From positions 1,614,635 through 1,678,634 of the forward strand of contig CM082595.2 of assembly GCA_040954595.2 (NCBI GenBank): a DNA stretch of 64,000 nt, written 5' to 3'. Under the pieces are notes generated by a model that worked only from the letters and a program-made list of their open reading frames with translations, searched no databases and was not told the DNA's origin. Below are positions 1 through 14,200 of the stretch, piece by piece; positions within the stretch are counted from its first letter, which is position 1; every line of letters starts with the position of its first letter. The translations under genes were made by a program, and so were the position numbers. The DNA is from Balanoglossus misakiensis. Its lineage: Eukaryota; Animalia; Hemichordata.

Positions 1-709
1 AACTTGACCTATACAGTACAGGAAGTTACATTTGAACACCAGGTACTTCTGTGTGATGAAAGGGTTTTTAGACAGGTGGTGATTCTTAATTGTCTTGGTG
101 TAGTTAAGTGTTTGCGAGGCATGTTCAGATCTTGTGGATCATGTTTGTGGTCTAGCTTGCCTATATGTACGTCATCTGAGACTTCAACAAACAAACTCAA
201 GACTACCAAAACTAAGAAATTATAAATATTTGTTGTGCGTGCTCTTCTTGAAATGAAAGATTAACAGAAATGCATGCTGGTTACTGCTGCTTGTAAATGA
301 AATAGGCAATTAACTTTCTATGCGGTTGTTCCTCAGTATACCATTTTAATAACAGTAATTAAAGTATCCCATTCAGAATATTTCCTTTATCAAGAATAAA
401 TTTACCTAACTTGTTAATTTTTTTGAAGAATACCGGTAATACAGGACCTCAATTACTAGCTGTATTTTAAGAATTTGATGAATTTAGGACAATTTTTGTT
501 AAGTGGTAATTTATGTTTGAACACATGCATTCACAGTTGATGATTGCTTGGTATGTTAGCTGTTTTCACGCAAGCAATTTTCAACAAAGAGTGATTAATA
601 ACCCACCTGATTCCAGCCATGGTCTGTGTGCTGCAATAACAGATAGGGTAAGATACACCTGATTGTGTCAGACAAACCAGTATGGTAACCTTGCCACCTA
701 AATGTGTGA

Positions 710-802
710 CCCTTTCACCCCCATTTCTTTTTCAAGAGATCCGGCATAACCATTGAGAGCAATGGAGTTGGACCAAACCATTCATGCAGTGATGAAAGGT
801 TA
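710..802. mobile_element. ~90-bp mini-MITE, degenerate copy (piggyBac-like CCC...GGG ends)
   Basis: ccctttcacccc...accattga..caatgg..ggac..aacca...tgaaaggtta; homologous to 63745-63830. Confidence 0.55.
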
Positions 803-1286
803 CGGCCTATGAATGATAGGTACAGGACAGGAAAGCTTATTCCACAAGAGATATACAAATTGCAGTCCACATATGTTTGCCCTCCAAAGGTTATCAATCT
901 GAGTACACTGTACAAGTCTTTCCTCTGCTGTTCGAACTATATTCCTTCAACTAAAATGTAAAGTATAGCGTGGTTGTAGAGAGTCACTGTTCTCTACGCT
1001 AGAAATTCTGACCTGTGCTACTTTCATATTCTGCGAATTTTCAATCTAACTGATGAGAAAGCGTACATTATTACAAGCTTATGAATAATTAAAGTTTTGA
1101 TTAGTTGAAATATTTGCGCACAGAAATTAATTTCAGTCTTTCAAAACTGTATCCTTGGGGTGAGAGTGAAATTGATACACTGTCAATCAAACGTTCAGAT
1201 TGTTATATTCCAGCGGCAAAAAATTCCAGGGTTGAATTGTTTGGTATTTTATTCCAGTCATAGTTTGTAGCAGGTATAGACATGCT

Positions 1287-1426
1287 GTTAATGCGAACTT
1301 CACATATTTGACAAGATTTTTAAGACTAACCTATAAACTGTCATTTCATATTGTAGTGGAAATATGAAATGACAGTTTATAGGTTAGTCTTAAAAATCTT
1401 GTCAAATATGTGAAGTTCGCATTAAC
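1287..1426. repeat. Perfect inverted repeat, 66-bp arms with an 8-bp spacer
   Basis: 1287-1352 is the exact reverse complement of 1361-1426. Confidence 0.95.
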
Positions 1427-2439
1427 GCATTTTATGAGAATGTTTCTCAAATAGAAACAAGAAGAACCTTGAAATGTGTTAAATTTCTTTGAAAAACAAC
1501 TCCGTCTATTCATGAGATCTGCTGTTAGTAGTTCATTCCCCAGTTTTCAACAATTCTAATTTGAATATCTGTCCATTTTTATTATTCCATAAACCCATAT
1601 GTTGTTTTCGTTTTATGACATCAGGTACATATTTCCAATGAATCTCATTTTTGTGGCTAGACTTTCTGACGACTCAAATTTGTCATGACAAGTATGTTTG
1701 TGGATGTGTATACAATCAAGACAAAACTGCCAAATTTTATTGCCTGCAGTAAATTCTTTTGTTTTTGTTTTCTCCCCATGAAACTATAATATGAACGTGA
1801 TATGGCATATTTTATCCCACAATATGCCTCATGAATGATGAGGAGACTATTGGTTTGGGTTCTTTGTGTCTGTGTGTATGCATGGTAATAAACTAGACCA
1901 GACAATTGAGTCTTAGTATCTAGTCGTGTTCCTCAGTAGTTTTGCAGCACAACTGACAAAACACAGCTAGATACTAGACTAATAGATGCTTGACTCAGGC
2001 CATCACTCTGGGTGATCACTTCTGATGAGGAGAATGAACATTTCACATACACTTGAACATCTCTTTGACTGATGAGACTAAAACATTCAAACCCTGATTG
2101 ATCTGTAGTTTGCTTTGGACTTCAGAGTAAAAGAAACAAGTACATGGTTTGTCACCACCTTTTTGGAATGTATATGTTTTTCTTTGTCACACTTCCAGCT
2201 TTTTGTTGAGAGGGGGACAGGGTTTTGAGATGGAATGCAATCAGTCTAATGTTTGTCGTGTATGTGTGCGGTGTCGTACAAATGAATCTGTGATGGACAG
2301 GTACCCAGTGTTTCCAGCATAATGTATTAAATGTAAATTTGCAAATTATTTAATGAGTTTGCTTTTCAAATACTAATCTTGTTTTCACAGGCTTGACTGA
2401 TATGTTTGAGAGATATTCAAATGAGGCAAGCACAAAGAG

Positions 2440-2751
2440 ATCTGATTGGTTGCGTATCAGCTATGACTAATTACAGATCTATATAAAACTTTGGCACAGC
2501 TCTGGTTAGTGTGGACTGGTGTCTGTCTGTGTGTTGCATACTGTAGGTATTACTGAGAACCCCTGAGGGACAAACATAGTCAGTTTCATATATAGCTCCT
2601 CGTAATTTTTATGGGGCTGCTACTACAAAGCTGCGGGTTGAAGGTTTTGACTGTGGAAGGCTATTTCGAGCCTGGTTGGTTTTTATGAACACTTCATCTT
2701 AATACAGATAACATTGATGATCTTTTCAACCTAGTTTGTTGAAAGGTAGGT
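2440..2751 (+). promoter_or_regulatory. Possible promoter and non-coding first exon of the PH gene
   Basis: Inverted CCAAT (gattgg ~2444), TATATAAA ~2480, Inr-like TTAGT ~2506, donor AAG|gtaggt at 2746. Confidence 0.25.
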
Positions 2752-5700
2752 ACAGTGTTTTATCTCTTATCTCGCTTCCTGGAATCAATAGCATATGTTC
2801 TTTCAGTGTGTAACTGCTGGTGAAGTTAATTTGTGATCCAGTCCATTTGATGAATACAGGTATAAACAGATGTCTAGTTGATATATAATGTGTACATGTA
2901 TACACCAGTGTCTAACCTGTTTGATATATTTTCACTGGTGAAATCAAAGATTGTCTGCATATATGTGTAAACAAGGCTAAAATACTATAACCATGAAAGT
3001 GGAAATCTCACGACTAACATATCAGTTTATCAAGAAGCTGAAAAAGAACGAGTATTGTTTCATACAGAAATTTATAAAATCAAAATTGATAACTACGACA
3101 GATTTCTCACATTCAAGCATTAATAACACTAAAGTTAGTGGCACTCAAGTTCGAAGGTTGTTCCAATAGTACTTGCTCATGCAGTGTGTCTGCATACAGA
3201 ATTGAACCTTTTCAAATGTTGATCGTGTTCGCATAAACATGAAGTGTGCAGGTCAGAAAAAAGAGAAAGCTCGTCTTTGTCAGTTGAAATGGCGGTAATA
3301 CCACTGCATTGTTCAAGTTCACTATTGGGTTTTGTTTGTTTTGTCATTCTGTTTGTTTAAACCTTGTAAGCTGGTTGTATTCTGAGCTGCTGAAGTTTTA
3401 AGTACCTGAGGTCATTTTTACTGGGAAATGTTCTCGTGTTATTGGCATACATGTGTTATGGTTGTCAAGAGCGTCTCTGTTAGAGACAAGTTCTTTGTGG
3501 ATTGTCATTTCACAAGGTGTGTAGAAATGTTATACTGTCATGTCAAGGCACTTTGTTGGTATTTGAAATCAAGTGTGAAATGTAGGTTTAGTTTCTAGCA
3601 TTAATCTCTTGGAATCATTCCATGTGTATGACAAATATTTGACATTGCCTCCTTCAAAGTTTGTACAGCGGGGTACTTCAATACAGCATATGAACAGTGA
3701 CCAGCGTTGATGTTGAAAACTTCTGTAGACGAAGAAATCTCACTTTTGACTTGGGTGGTAATTTTGACAATGGTTTGCACTAGCAATGGTGGGATAAAAG
3801 TTTTACTTTCCAGAAAGCAGCCCGAAGTTTGAGAACAAAATGCAAGAAGAATTTTTATTTAGAGTCGACCCAGCTCATGTAGTTTCAGGTCTAACAAATT
3901 TTCCTGGTTCCTTTGGTGCTCGATAAAACATACAAGTCAGATTTTACTGTACTAGTTAAAGATTATTGGTGCCTGACCTGTCTGGGGGAACATGTATATA
4001 TGAGCCTAATTGGTGCCCTGTCTCTGCCATTTTTTATGTAACAGACAATTATGCATGATAGGTTGGTATTAAGTTCTGCTATGTCTGCAATCAAAGTTCA
4101 CAATGCTACACAATGTGGACAGTTAACATTTTACGATGAGTTGATGTCTCCCTGTGGTACAGTAATTGCTGGTTGTTACATAGATTGTCATATAAGGAGA
4201 AACAAGTAAAGTTATAGAAAATTACATGATGAGCATTAAAGTGATAGCAGTGGTCTCATTCAACTTCTACAATCTTAAGATAAAACATCTGATCTGAAAA
4301 TTGCTCTTTTATGTCTAACTTTGTCTGCCTCCAAGTCTGTTGCGGTTTTTACGCAGAGAATATTAAATTTTAGACCACTGTAAAACGTGAGACCTTTGTT
4401 GTCATTGTGGGAGTGTTTAACCCGATAAAAAGCATGAAACTATAAATAGCTGTTTGGATATCATTGGATATTGGTATTTAAACTGACAAGGTTACATTAA
4501 CTGTGGTACATACTGATGCTGGTTAATTTTTAAAGGTCATTGCTTGTATCATTTTAATTGTGTTTGAAGAAATGGTAGGTGGTGTGTGATCAGGAATATA
4601 TTTGTCCAGGCAAGTATCTTTGCACAAACAGCCAATGGGAATCGCTCTTTTATATGGTGCATAGGTGTGCAGCTTGCCAGTGTTTGCCTACCAGGCAAGT
4701 TATGTCTTGCAGCTTTGGCCATACAGTTTACTAAACACCTCACATAATACAGTGACAATTAATTAATATAATCCTAAATTGTGGAATGATACAGAAAGGT
4801 TTAAAGGTATTGAAGTAGCCCACCATGATTCAACGCAAATAGTGCTGAAATTAACAAAATTGGTGGAACGTACAACTGTAATTATACAGTCGTTCCAGGT
4901 ACAACTGTGACATACTGTGGACAGTTTATTCCGTACGGTGGCCTAAATTAGACTGCTATATTGACTCAACAGAAAGCTTGCCTTATTTTAACATTACAGC
5001 TGGCACCATTGACAGTTTACTATGTTAGTGATTGTATATCTCAGCAATGATATTGTATTCTGTTTTGAGAAAGATTAATGTGAAATCGCATAGCCAGAAA
5101 ATATTTTGAATAACTGAGCTATTCTCACAAGCTGTCACTAAGGACAGGTTTGAATTTGCAGAGCAAAGAATTATTTATGGGTATTTTGGTATTAGTTCTC
5201 TATATTTGGATATTTTGTGTTGACTTTAAATAAGCAGCTCAAATCATTCCCTGGGAATTCTCATTGTAACATGGATGGGGGTAGTGGTACCATATGGTAT
5301 CAAATTGCTGCAGTTTACAACCTATATGTGTAAGTATTACTTGAATCTTGACTTTAATTTTAGTGAGATGAAAAACTACTGACATAAAGTGTTTAATTTC
5401 CGTCAAAAATAAGTTACATGGTATAATGACGAGTTGAAACTGATTATGCTGTTACTGGTGGTAGGGGTGTACAGATTAGTAATTACTTTTGCTCAGTCGA
5501 CTATATTTTGTGGATGACATATATTTTTATGCCAGTGCTTTAGGTTCGATAATGAACATTATCAATTTGCATATCGTAATCAACTGCTAAATGTTCCAAA
5601 CTCTAATTAGTATACTTATCTTACATCTTCTAATTAATCTCGCTCACAGTTGCCTTTTAATACTTAATGAGATTATAATTGAAGTAATTTGAAACCATCA

Positions 5701-7892
5701 GTGGTTGATCGACTCAAATTAGTTTCTACATGGCTAAGCTCATTCTAAATTCTCCCACGAGCTGCAACTCATAGACATCATGCATGTCAGAGTGATTTGT
5801 GTACAAATACCAGGGTTATTCAAGCATAGAAACTTATAAAATGGAATTCTACAGGACAGGTTCATAGTTCAACCTGTGTTGATTTCAACACAGGTCATTC
5901 ACTTTTTTATCAACAGAAATTTTCTTCATCTGACATGTCAACACATTCAATTTTGTATGTATAGTTTCTGTCCCATTTCAAAAACCCATTGTCATCATGC
6001 ATAACTGTTGTATTGTGTTACCGTTTTACAAATTCAATGTAACATTTGTAATCCCATCAATAACATAAAAATGATTTGACACATTTGACAGTTTTATATA
6101 ACAAATAAAAAAATGTTTGACTTCAAGGTAATGTACTAATTGAAATGATCCATTTCTGGATTTGAAAGAAAAATGATAAGCACTGTCAAGAATTCAACAG
6201 GTGTTTATTATGGAATGTATAGAACTTTTAATTGTAATTGAAAGGAGTGGGATGTATAAAAAACATGACAAAGTTGCACCGTTTAATAACCAATTTACTT
6301 CTGCAAGAAGAAACAAACAACAAGCTAATGTATATTTCTTTTCCCTCCCACGCCACTTTAATCATTAGCCCAGTGAACCAGTCACTGACAGGTTGTGGGA
6401 TAGCCAAAAGTTGACCAGGTTAAACCAGGAATTTTGTTTATTTACTTAAAGTTAATCAAATCTGAATGACCCTTCAGAAGCCAACCCAGGCATTTTCTCA
6501 TATTTCATGATGTAACAGAAAAAAACACCAACAGCTTTAGGGCAATTATCAAGGCAATTTAGATAAAGTCTGCAAACTTGTATAAGTTGTAATGAACCAT
6601 GACATTTAATGTTACAGTGGCAATATTGTACAATGGAGTGTTGTCTGTAATATAACTCTGTTACACTGTCTAGCAATGTAATAACAACATCACTGAGTCT
6701 ACAGGTGTTTTTGTGTTAAAAAACATGCCATGGTTCTTTTTCGCTTTCAAACAAAAACATGTACTTACATACAGGGTACATATTACACACACACACACAC
6801 ATACACATACAATATTCATATTGTCTTTGTGTTCTATTGTTCACCTTATTTATGAAAGTTGACCTCAGCATGTCAACAGAAACGTGACTACTGTTAATAT
6901 TAAACTTTTTAATCAGAAAGGACATCAATATCACATACGTGTACACCAACCTTGTCTGGTACCAATTGTTTCATAACATTATCAAAGATTGAATTGTTTT
7001 CATAGCGATAACAATCATTTATTTGTTTAATAATAATAATATACCGGTACTGATAACAGACTATCAGTAGCTGTAACTTTTCATACTTTTTCTAAAAGAA
7101 AAATTGTTCTGCACATCAAGCATAATTTCTTATTTCCCCTTCATTGTTTCAGTGTACAACACACCAGATACATGCATTGACATTAGGACTCACAAATAGT
7201 TATGAGAGTGTGCATGAAAAGTAATAATATTGAAAAACATTAACTGGTAGTGGCCTAGTTGTGTACCAGTCTGACTTCCATAGTTCAAATGATTGTAATT
7301 TGTACCATGAACTCAGACTAGATCAAATATTAAATGATTCACCAATAAATCAGTTATTTAAATAATAGTATTACATCAGAATGAAAGAATAGACAAGGCG
7401 TCATGCATTTTGTAAATCATTGTGTATTCTGTGATGGTCATCTTCTCCCACCAAGGTTGAGTCGAGCCAATGACCCATGGTCGATGGTCATTGTAGGTCG
7501 CACTTGGTAACATGATGACCTAGGAATGTTATTCTCTGAATTATCAACTCTCCGGGATTCATGTTATCCGGTGTCAGATGTTAATCCGAGGTTATGGATA
7601 CTTGTAATACTATGGAACAGTTCAAGAATGTGTTCCAGTTTCGCCTTGGGCTGTACTTTTGATCCTTGTATTGACATCCTTTGCCTCTGAATGTGAGTGT
7701 GTCTGTGTGGGTACCAACTGGAGGCTTGACTCCTTATTCTTATTCTTTGGCTTGCTGGTGTGGGACCACACAGAGATATTCCATTTGACAAGTATCAGAC
7801 AAAACCTGTGTTGGGAACAGTTATATTGTAAACAGGTTACCTCATGGTTACATCACAGCATTTTTGTACAGCCACGTGCATACCATTGATGG

Positions 7893-7988
7893 TAGCCTGG
7901 CCCATGCATACCAGCTAGTGTGTTTTAGATAGTGTGTAGAATTTCTGCATATCTAAAACACAGTGGTATGGGGCCAGGGCTGAGGCTA
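7893..7988. mobile_element. 96-bp hairpin MITE with TAGCCT...AGGCTA termini and a 9-bp target duplication (Academ-like, tentative)
   Basis: CATTGATGG at 7884-7892 and 7989-7997; internal arms tgtgttttagat / atctaaaacaca. Confidence 0.75.
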
Positions 7989-8711
7989 CATTGATGGGAA
8001 TTATCAAAGTGCTGTAACGACAACCTTTTGAGTGGCATTGACTTCTGATATCAAGCAATCAATTCTGATCTCTGGTTGCCAGACATTGTCAAGTGCTTGA
8101 TACTGTTCAAGTGCCATGCTTAATCAGTAGTAGATGACTCAGAATGGTGTGTTTGCAGTACGTAATACCTGGTCGTGGGAGTTTATAGTCATTCTGATGT
8201 ATTAAATTAGTCATATAAGATCTTGTGTCACAAGGAATCTCTACTTTTAAATAATATACGGTATGTTGGGTTTACAGAACATCCATATCCATTTATAGTA
8301 AAATATGTCAGGTACCGGTAACAGTCAACTCAATGGATTGGCCTATACCCAGTGTACCTGTTTATATTTCATAGTAGCTGTATCACGCTTGTATAGTTCT
8401 TGTCTAGTACTCCGGTCGAGAGAGTGAGTCAGTATAAAACAAGGAATTTTTATGGCCTCCTCTAGTCTGCAACAGGAGTGCCCCAATACCTGTTTTGTAA
8501 CCAACTATTTAACAATCAGCCTTCGAAATTTTCTGAATAACTCGCGTCTGAACTGTGGGTTAATGTTTATAACCCAGCGGTTTACTAAGTTCTATTTCTT
8601 AGCTCTGAAAGTAGGTTTGAAACACACACACACAAATAATGGACTCTCAAGCTGCAGGTGTTACAGAAACAACAACTCCAATAATCATTTCTCTATTCTC
8701 ATCTTTTACAG

Positions 8712-11213
8712 GAATCTGATGACAACACTGAAAACATAAACAGAAAACTTCAAAAGACCGATTCACAAGATTGTCCACTCAGGTCAGAGTTCAGTGATTC
8801 TGGAGAGCACCAAAGCAAAGACCACAACGCAGCCTTCAACAATCACTTGAGGGCCACATCTGCATCAGAAGAAGAATTACTCACACACGCCAATTACCCG
8901 TCTGTGAAATGCGATTGTTCGGAGTCTGTTGACTCGGGCGTCTGTTGCGAGTGCCTTCTCAGGGAGTCCTTTTGTGAGGGAAACAAAAACATTGCAGAGC
9001 ATTGTGACCAAAGAATAATAGAGTTTCCTGATTTCCAAGACGTCTGTATCACAGCAGAGACTCGAGCACCTGTTAGTTGTGTCAACCACTTTGATGATCA
9101 GCATCTGAGCTCAGAAAATAGAGACACTTTTAAGAAAGACAAACAAGTTCAACTCGAATCGTGCCAAACTGTCGTTGAAAACACCAAACAAACTGACGAC
9201 GTAGCTGCGAGGAAAAGACGACAGTTCATTTCTCAGAAATCGGTGAGACTTAGCAGTTCTGGTAGTAACTATGAAGCTGATATAAACTGGGAACAGCAAA
9301 CTGGACAACCGAGGAATACCTCTGGAGACTTTTCTCTTGAGGAGACCGAATACGGGGAAAGTTTCGACAGCACTTGGAGTTCTTGGAGCGAAATTAGCCC
9401 AAGACGGAGCGTGTCACTGCCACGAAGTGCGTATGAAGTATTTGGACGACAGATTAGTACTTCATCAGAGAAAAGTCTACCAGAAAAGACACCGGTGACT
9501 GCGTTGAAACAAAACTCTGAACTCGATAGTGATAAGATCACTGATGATGACTTAAAGTTTGTCGTGGTAGAGTTACAAGATTTTTCCAAAGTAGCTGACA
9601 ACAAAAAATTGAAGAAAACCAAAATGCAGAGAAAATCATCTTTGAGTGATTCCTTGTGGGAGATCTTATCAGATCAAGCGTCAGAGGACGTACCGTTTCT
9701 TGAATCGTCCATTGGATTGTCGGATCTTTTGAAACCCGACCTGGAAGGATGGCTGACAGACACCAGCGACGGAACTCAGTACTGGTGTGTGGTGGCTGAT
9801 ATCTTAATGTGCATGTTCGAGGGCCCTGCATCTGAAAAGTCTGGTAAAGTCCTCGTCCTACCAGGCTATGAAATCAAATCCAAGATCGACCGTTCCGGGA
9901 ATGAAAGTCGTTCCCGGAATTCACCATCGGGATCCGAAGTATACCAGTTACATTTGGCGCATCAGATGGTGAAAGGAGCGGAATTTGTTTTTTGTGTTGA
10001 CACAGAAAGAGATCTCTACAACTGGCGTGAAGCCATGAAACTTGCAGCTTCTTTGGACCACAGTATCAGCACAGACACGGACGATGAAGACAGCAGTGAT
10101 GAGGAAACAGGTTACTATGGCAACTACGGTCGCTATAACAACAATGACTCTAACATGACAGCTATGAAGTATCAGTTACCGGCTACGTCATCCAGTATGG
10201 GTGACATTCCAGGAAATCATGCGAACAGTTTTGATTCCGGGGATAACTTTTATGATTTTAGCAAAGATTTAGAAGAACCAGATGAAATATCGAATGGTGA
10301 AAGTGATTTACATAGTTCCTCGTCGCCGGTTCTGTCAGATCTTGCCAGAGTCCAGCAAAGTGAGAATACTAGTCTTCCATCTTCAACCCAAAGCTCACCT
10401 AGCAGTACCTTGGAAAGAAATTCTACCCTTGATCTTGTTGATACGGTACATCTTCGAACTCACTCTGACAGAATATCCAGACACCTGCGAGCTTCAACCG
10501 AACCATGCAGAAGAAGTTTTGGGATGAAACTTGCACAGCAAGCGTCGAAAATGAGAGACAGAATGACATTGAAAACTGCCAAGACTAAAACAAACTCAGG
10601 TGATGATGTCACGGTTGGATCGCTCGAAAAACTCAAGCATTCTGGTGAACTTCAACTGAAAAGCAAGACTGAGTGGGTCAAATACTGGTGTGTTGTATGC
10701 AACAAAAATTTCTATCTTTTCAAGTCGAATCAATCGGATGAAATCGCAGAAACTGTGCTACCTCTGACAGGCTGTAAAGCTGCCAAGTCACAAAAAGAGA
10801 AAGCTCCAAATGTATTTAAGATTTCATACCCATCTTCCAAGAGGATGTATTTACAAGCATCGCAGTATGCAGATGTTTTAAAGTGGATGGACGTAATCAA
10901 CAGAGAAGCTTCACAACTCGCGACCAGCGCTTCCGACTCCTTCATCAGGCGTGGGAATAAACTCAAAGACAAAGACATAAACAAATCTAGCTCATTTGCA
11001 AGTTTGCAACGCAGGTTTGGATCAGGACACCAGAAAAAATCCAATGCAAAGATGGATAAAGAAGAAATGTCACCAGCTGCTCAAAGAAGGATGGCAATGC
11101 TGCGAATGTCGAGAGCGAGTTTTACTGAAGGTTATGAAGAACTGGGAGGAAATAGTGACAACAGCTCAGAGATAATATCACATCAAGAGACTTCAGAAAT
11201 TGAGAAGAACTCG
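8712..11213 (+). CDS. 2.5-kb exon containing PH1 and PH2
   Basis: Acceptor tctcatcttttacag at 8711, open frame matching ORF 8847-11315, donor TCG|gtaagt at 11214. Confidence 0.85.
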
Positions 11214-14200
11214 GTAAGTACAATTCCTATTATTTGGACTCTTGGAATTTCAAAGACTGCTTTCATCTGGTTTTGTAAGACATGCTGTTTACATACACTG
11301 TTTTGTCTTTTTTGACAGGATAATGAAGTGTTTTCTTCACCATCAACCAGGGTTGTATTTACCTGTCATTCTGAAGATGAAAGCCCTGGGAGTCAGTCTG
11401 AAATGGTAATGTTTTGATTGATTGGTTGATTGATTGATTAATTGATTGACTGACTGACTGATTGATTGATTAATTGATTTTATTTCTTTAGAGTTTGGCA
11501 AAATAAATAGTTCAGTCAAAAAGACAGTATTAAACCCTGATGAGGATCAAGGAAAAGTTTTCCAGAAACTACGGTAATCGAGTCCATGAGTCCAACGTGT
11601 ATGGCACGTTTGTAGTAAATCTTCGTTGTGTTTCTTGTGAAAACGTGTGACGTACATTGCAGATCATGATAGAGAGAGGGGAATGAGAATGAGGGAATGA
11701 ACGTAACCATAAACACCCACAGTCTATGTTGACCTTGTTCTGTGCTATACATGCATGTCTTCTTTGTAGAGCATAGTTCGTGCATACCATGGAACAAGAT
11801 TTCTTTTTTTCTGTGAAAAATATACTAGTAGGTTGTTTTGATATTTTACATGAAATATGAGAACTAGATATTTTACCAGAAAATTCAACAATATGAGTGA
11901 ATTTATGGGTTAGATTTCTCATGTGCTATTTACAAGTGGTTATGTGGATAACCTTGTTGCATGAATCAACATGGAGGTTTGGACAGTTACTTTTCAATTT
12001 ATTGGAGAGACAAGTTGACATTGTAAACATCCTGATCTCAAATACAAGCAAGCGTAAACACAGTGACACAATGTTTATAGATGTGGGTGACTAGTTATTG
12101 TCTCCTGGAATGCTTTCAGGAGAGAGTATACACATGATGACTGACAATGAGGGCACCAGTGTATTTTGATGTCCGAGGGTGCTGCTAGTCACAACTAAAA
12201 CAGTCTTGTTTTCCCGAGGGCATAGCCCGAGAGAAAACAGACTGTTTTGGTGTGACTGGCAGTCCCGGGGTCATCAAAAATACACTGTTGCCCGAATATG
12301 TCAGTCATCAAGTGTTTTATAACACACCAAACACGACACTCACCACATCTAGGCAACAGTACCGGGCAGAAACCGATCGAACTGATGCCCTAGGGAACAG
12401 TTCGAAATGACTAAGGTCACGTGACGGCGTATTGATGAATCACGATCGAGGGTTCGCTGCATGGTGTGTTATAATAACAACTGTAGCACTTCTTTCTTTG
12501 ATGTAAAATATTTTTTTAAACTTTTTATTTTTTTGTCATTCACAGGAAAGTCCTCGGGACCTCCGAAAGCAGAGCATTCATGGTTCCCTTGACGATCTCC
12601 CGGGAGTAATATTAAACGGAAAGAAACCGACAAAAATGAAAAAAATCAAGAAAAAGACGCAACCACTTAGTGTCGTACGCACTGCAGCTAGAGAATGGAC
12701 CAACGCAACCAAGATAGGATATCTGAACAGGAAATGTAAAGGGCCATGGACAAGGTATGTGTTGCATTGACATAATTATTCCCAGGTGTTCTATCCTAAA
12801 TATGCAAATATGTCATACCAGTAATTGATCATAAATCTTCATATTTACAAGTTATACTGGTACTTTCATTGAATTAGAAATTATTGTATTCCTTTTAGTA
12901 ACCTAATGCCTATTTTGTAATAAACCTTCTTGTACACCTTGTTGCAGGTATTGGATGGTATTGAACGAGAGTACACTCTACCTCTACAAGACACCTGAAG
13001 ATGCTGCTACAGTTGATAACATGTATCTTCCAGGATATGCAATTTCAACCGATGTCAAAACTGCCTTTAAATCCAGAAAGTTGACATTTAAACTTTCTCA
13101 TGAGGTGAGACATGGAAAGACATCGCAATGAATGTTTTTTTTTCTGATGAAGGGACAACAAGTCAGTACATATACATGTAGTGGACTATTCCAGAACTAC
13201 CGTACATACAGTCAAACCTGTGTTAGTTGCCACCTCTATATATTGGCCACTCTGTTAAAGTCCCTGTGTAATTAACCTGTGGATAATGTCAAGATAACAA
13301 GGGTTCTTTTTTATTGGCAAATTCCAGGGAGAGAGGTCGATATACCTTTCAGCAGACAAAGAATCTGACTATCAAGAATGGGTGACAGTGATCGACAAAG
13401 CCACACAGAAAATCACAGTGGAAAGTCTGAACTTGGAGACTGGAGTTGGCAATGAATTCAGTGATAACAAAGGTATGCTCAGTGACCTGAAAATTTCAAC
13501 ATTATTCTGGGAGCTGATTTGTTTAAATAGTCATAATTCACCAGGCGAGTTTGGAAATGCATGTAAGATGTGACACATGAAAATGATTTTTTTTTTGTAG
13601 TTGAAGACAAGGAAATCTTGCAGAAAGAAAACCAGCAGGATTTTCAGCAGGAATTGGTCAGAATTCAGAAAAAGAAACTGCTACAAGAATTGCTGTCGCA
13701 TCAGAAAGGTGTCAGACACAAAGACCAAAGACCGAAGGTCAGTATGATAATAATAATTTCCATATCAAAGTCTTTAATCTCTTCACCACCATTTGAATTC
13801 TAGTCCGGACTAGAATTCATTTGTCAACAATAACAGTGGTGGTTACATATATAGACTATGTTAAGTCGCGCTTGCATTTGATACACAAAACAAAAATACT
13901 GGAAATAAAGATAAAAGTTGCAGGCCATGGAGCTTTAAAGGGACAAAGTCTCTCTCTCGTTGCCCTTTTTCCATTAATTATATTTGATACAAGACACTGT
14001 TTATGTTATTCTACATGTGGATATATGGTGAATCAACGTTCAATCACACACAACTTCCATCCAACTTGTAGACATGAGAATGAAAAACTTGCCAAAATGA
14101 ATAATCGGTGTTTACCATTTATCCATTTTGGCGAGATTTTTACTCTCATATCCTACAAACGGGATGGAAGTTGTGTGTGGTAGAACGTTGATTCACTATA

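Noticed and set aside
1-8700. Short ORFs as upstream coding exons of the PH gene
   Set aside because: I found no convincing ATG-to-phase-0-donor exon by eye.
8847-11315. ORF boundaries taken as a single-exon 822-aa gene
   Set aside because: The start is TTG, the frame extends to an acceptor at 8711, and the tail past 11213 is intronic.
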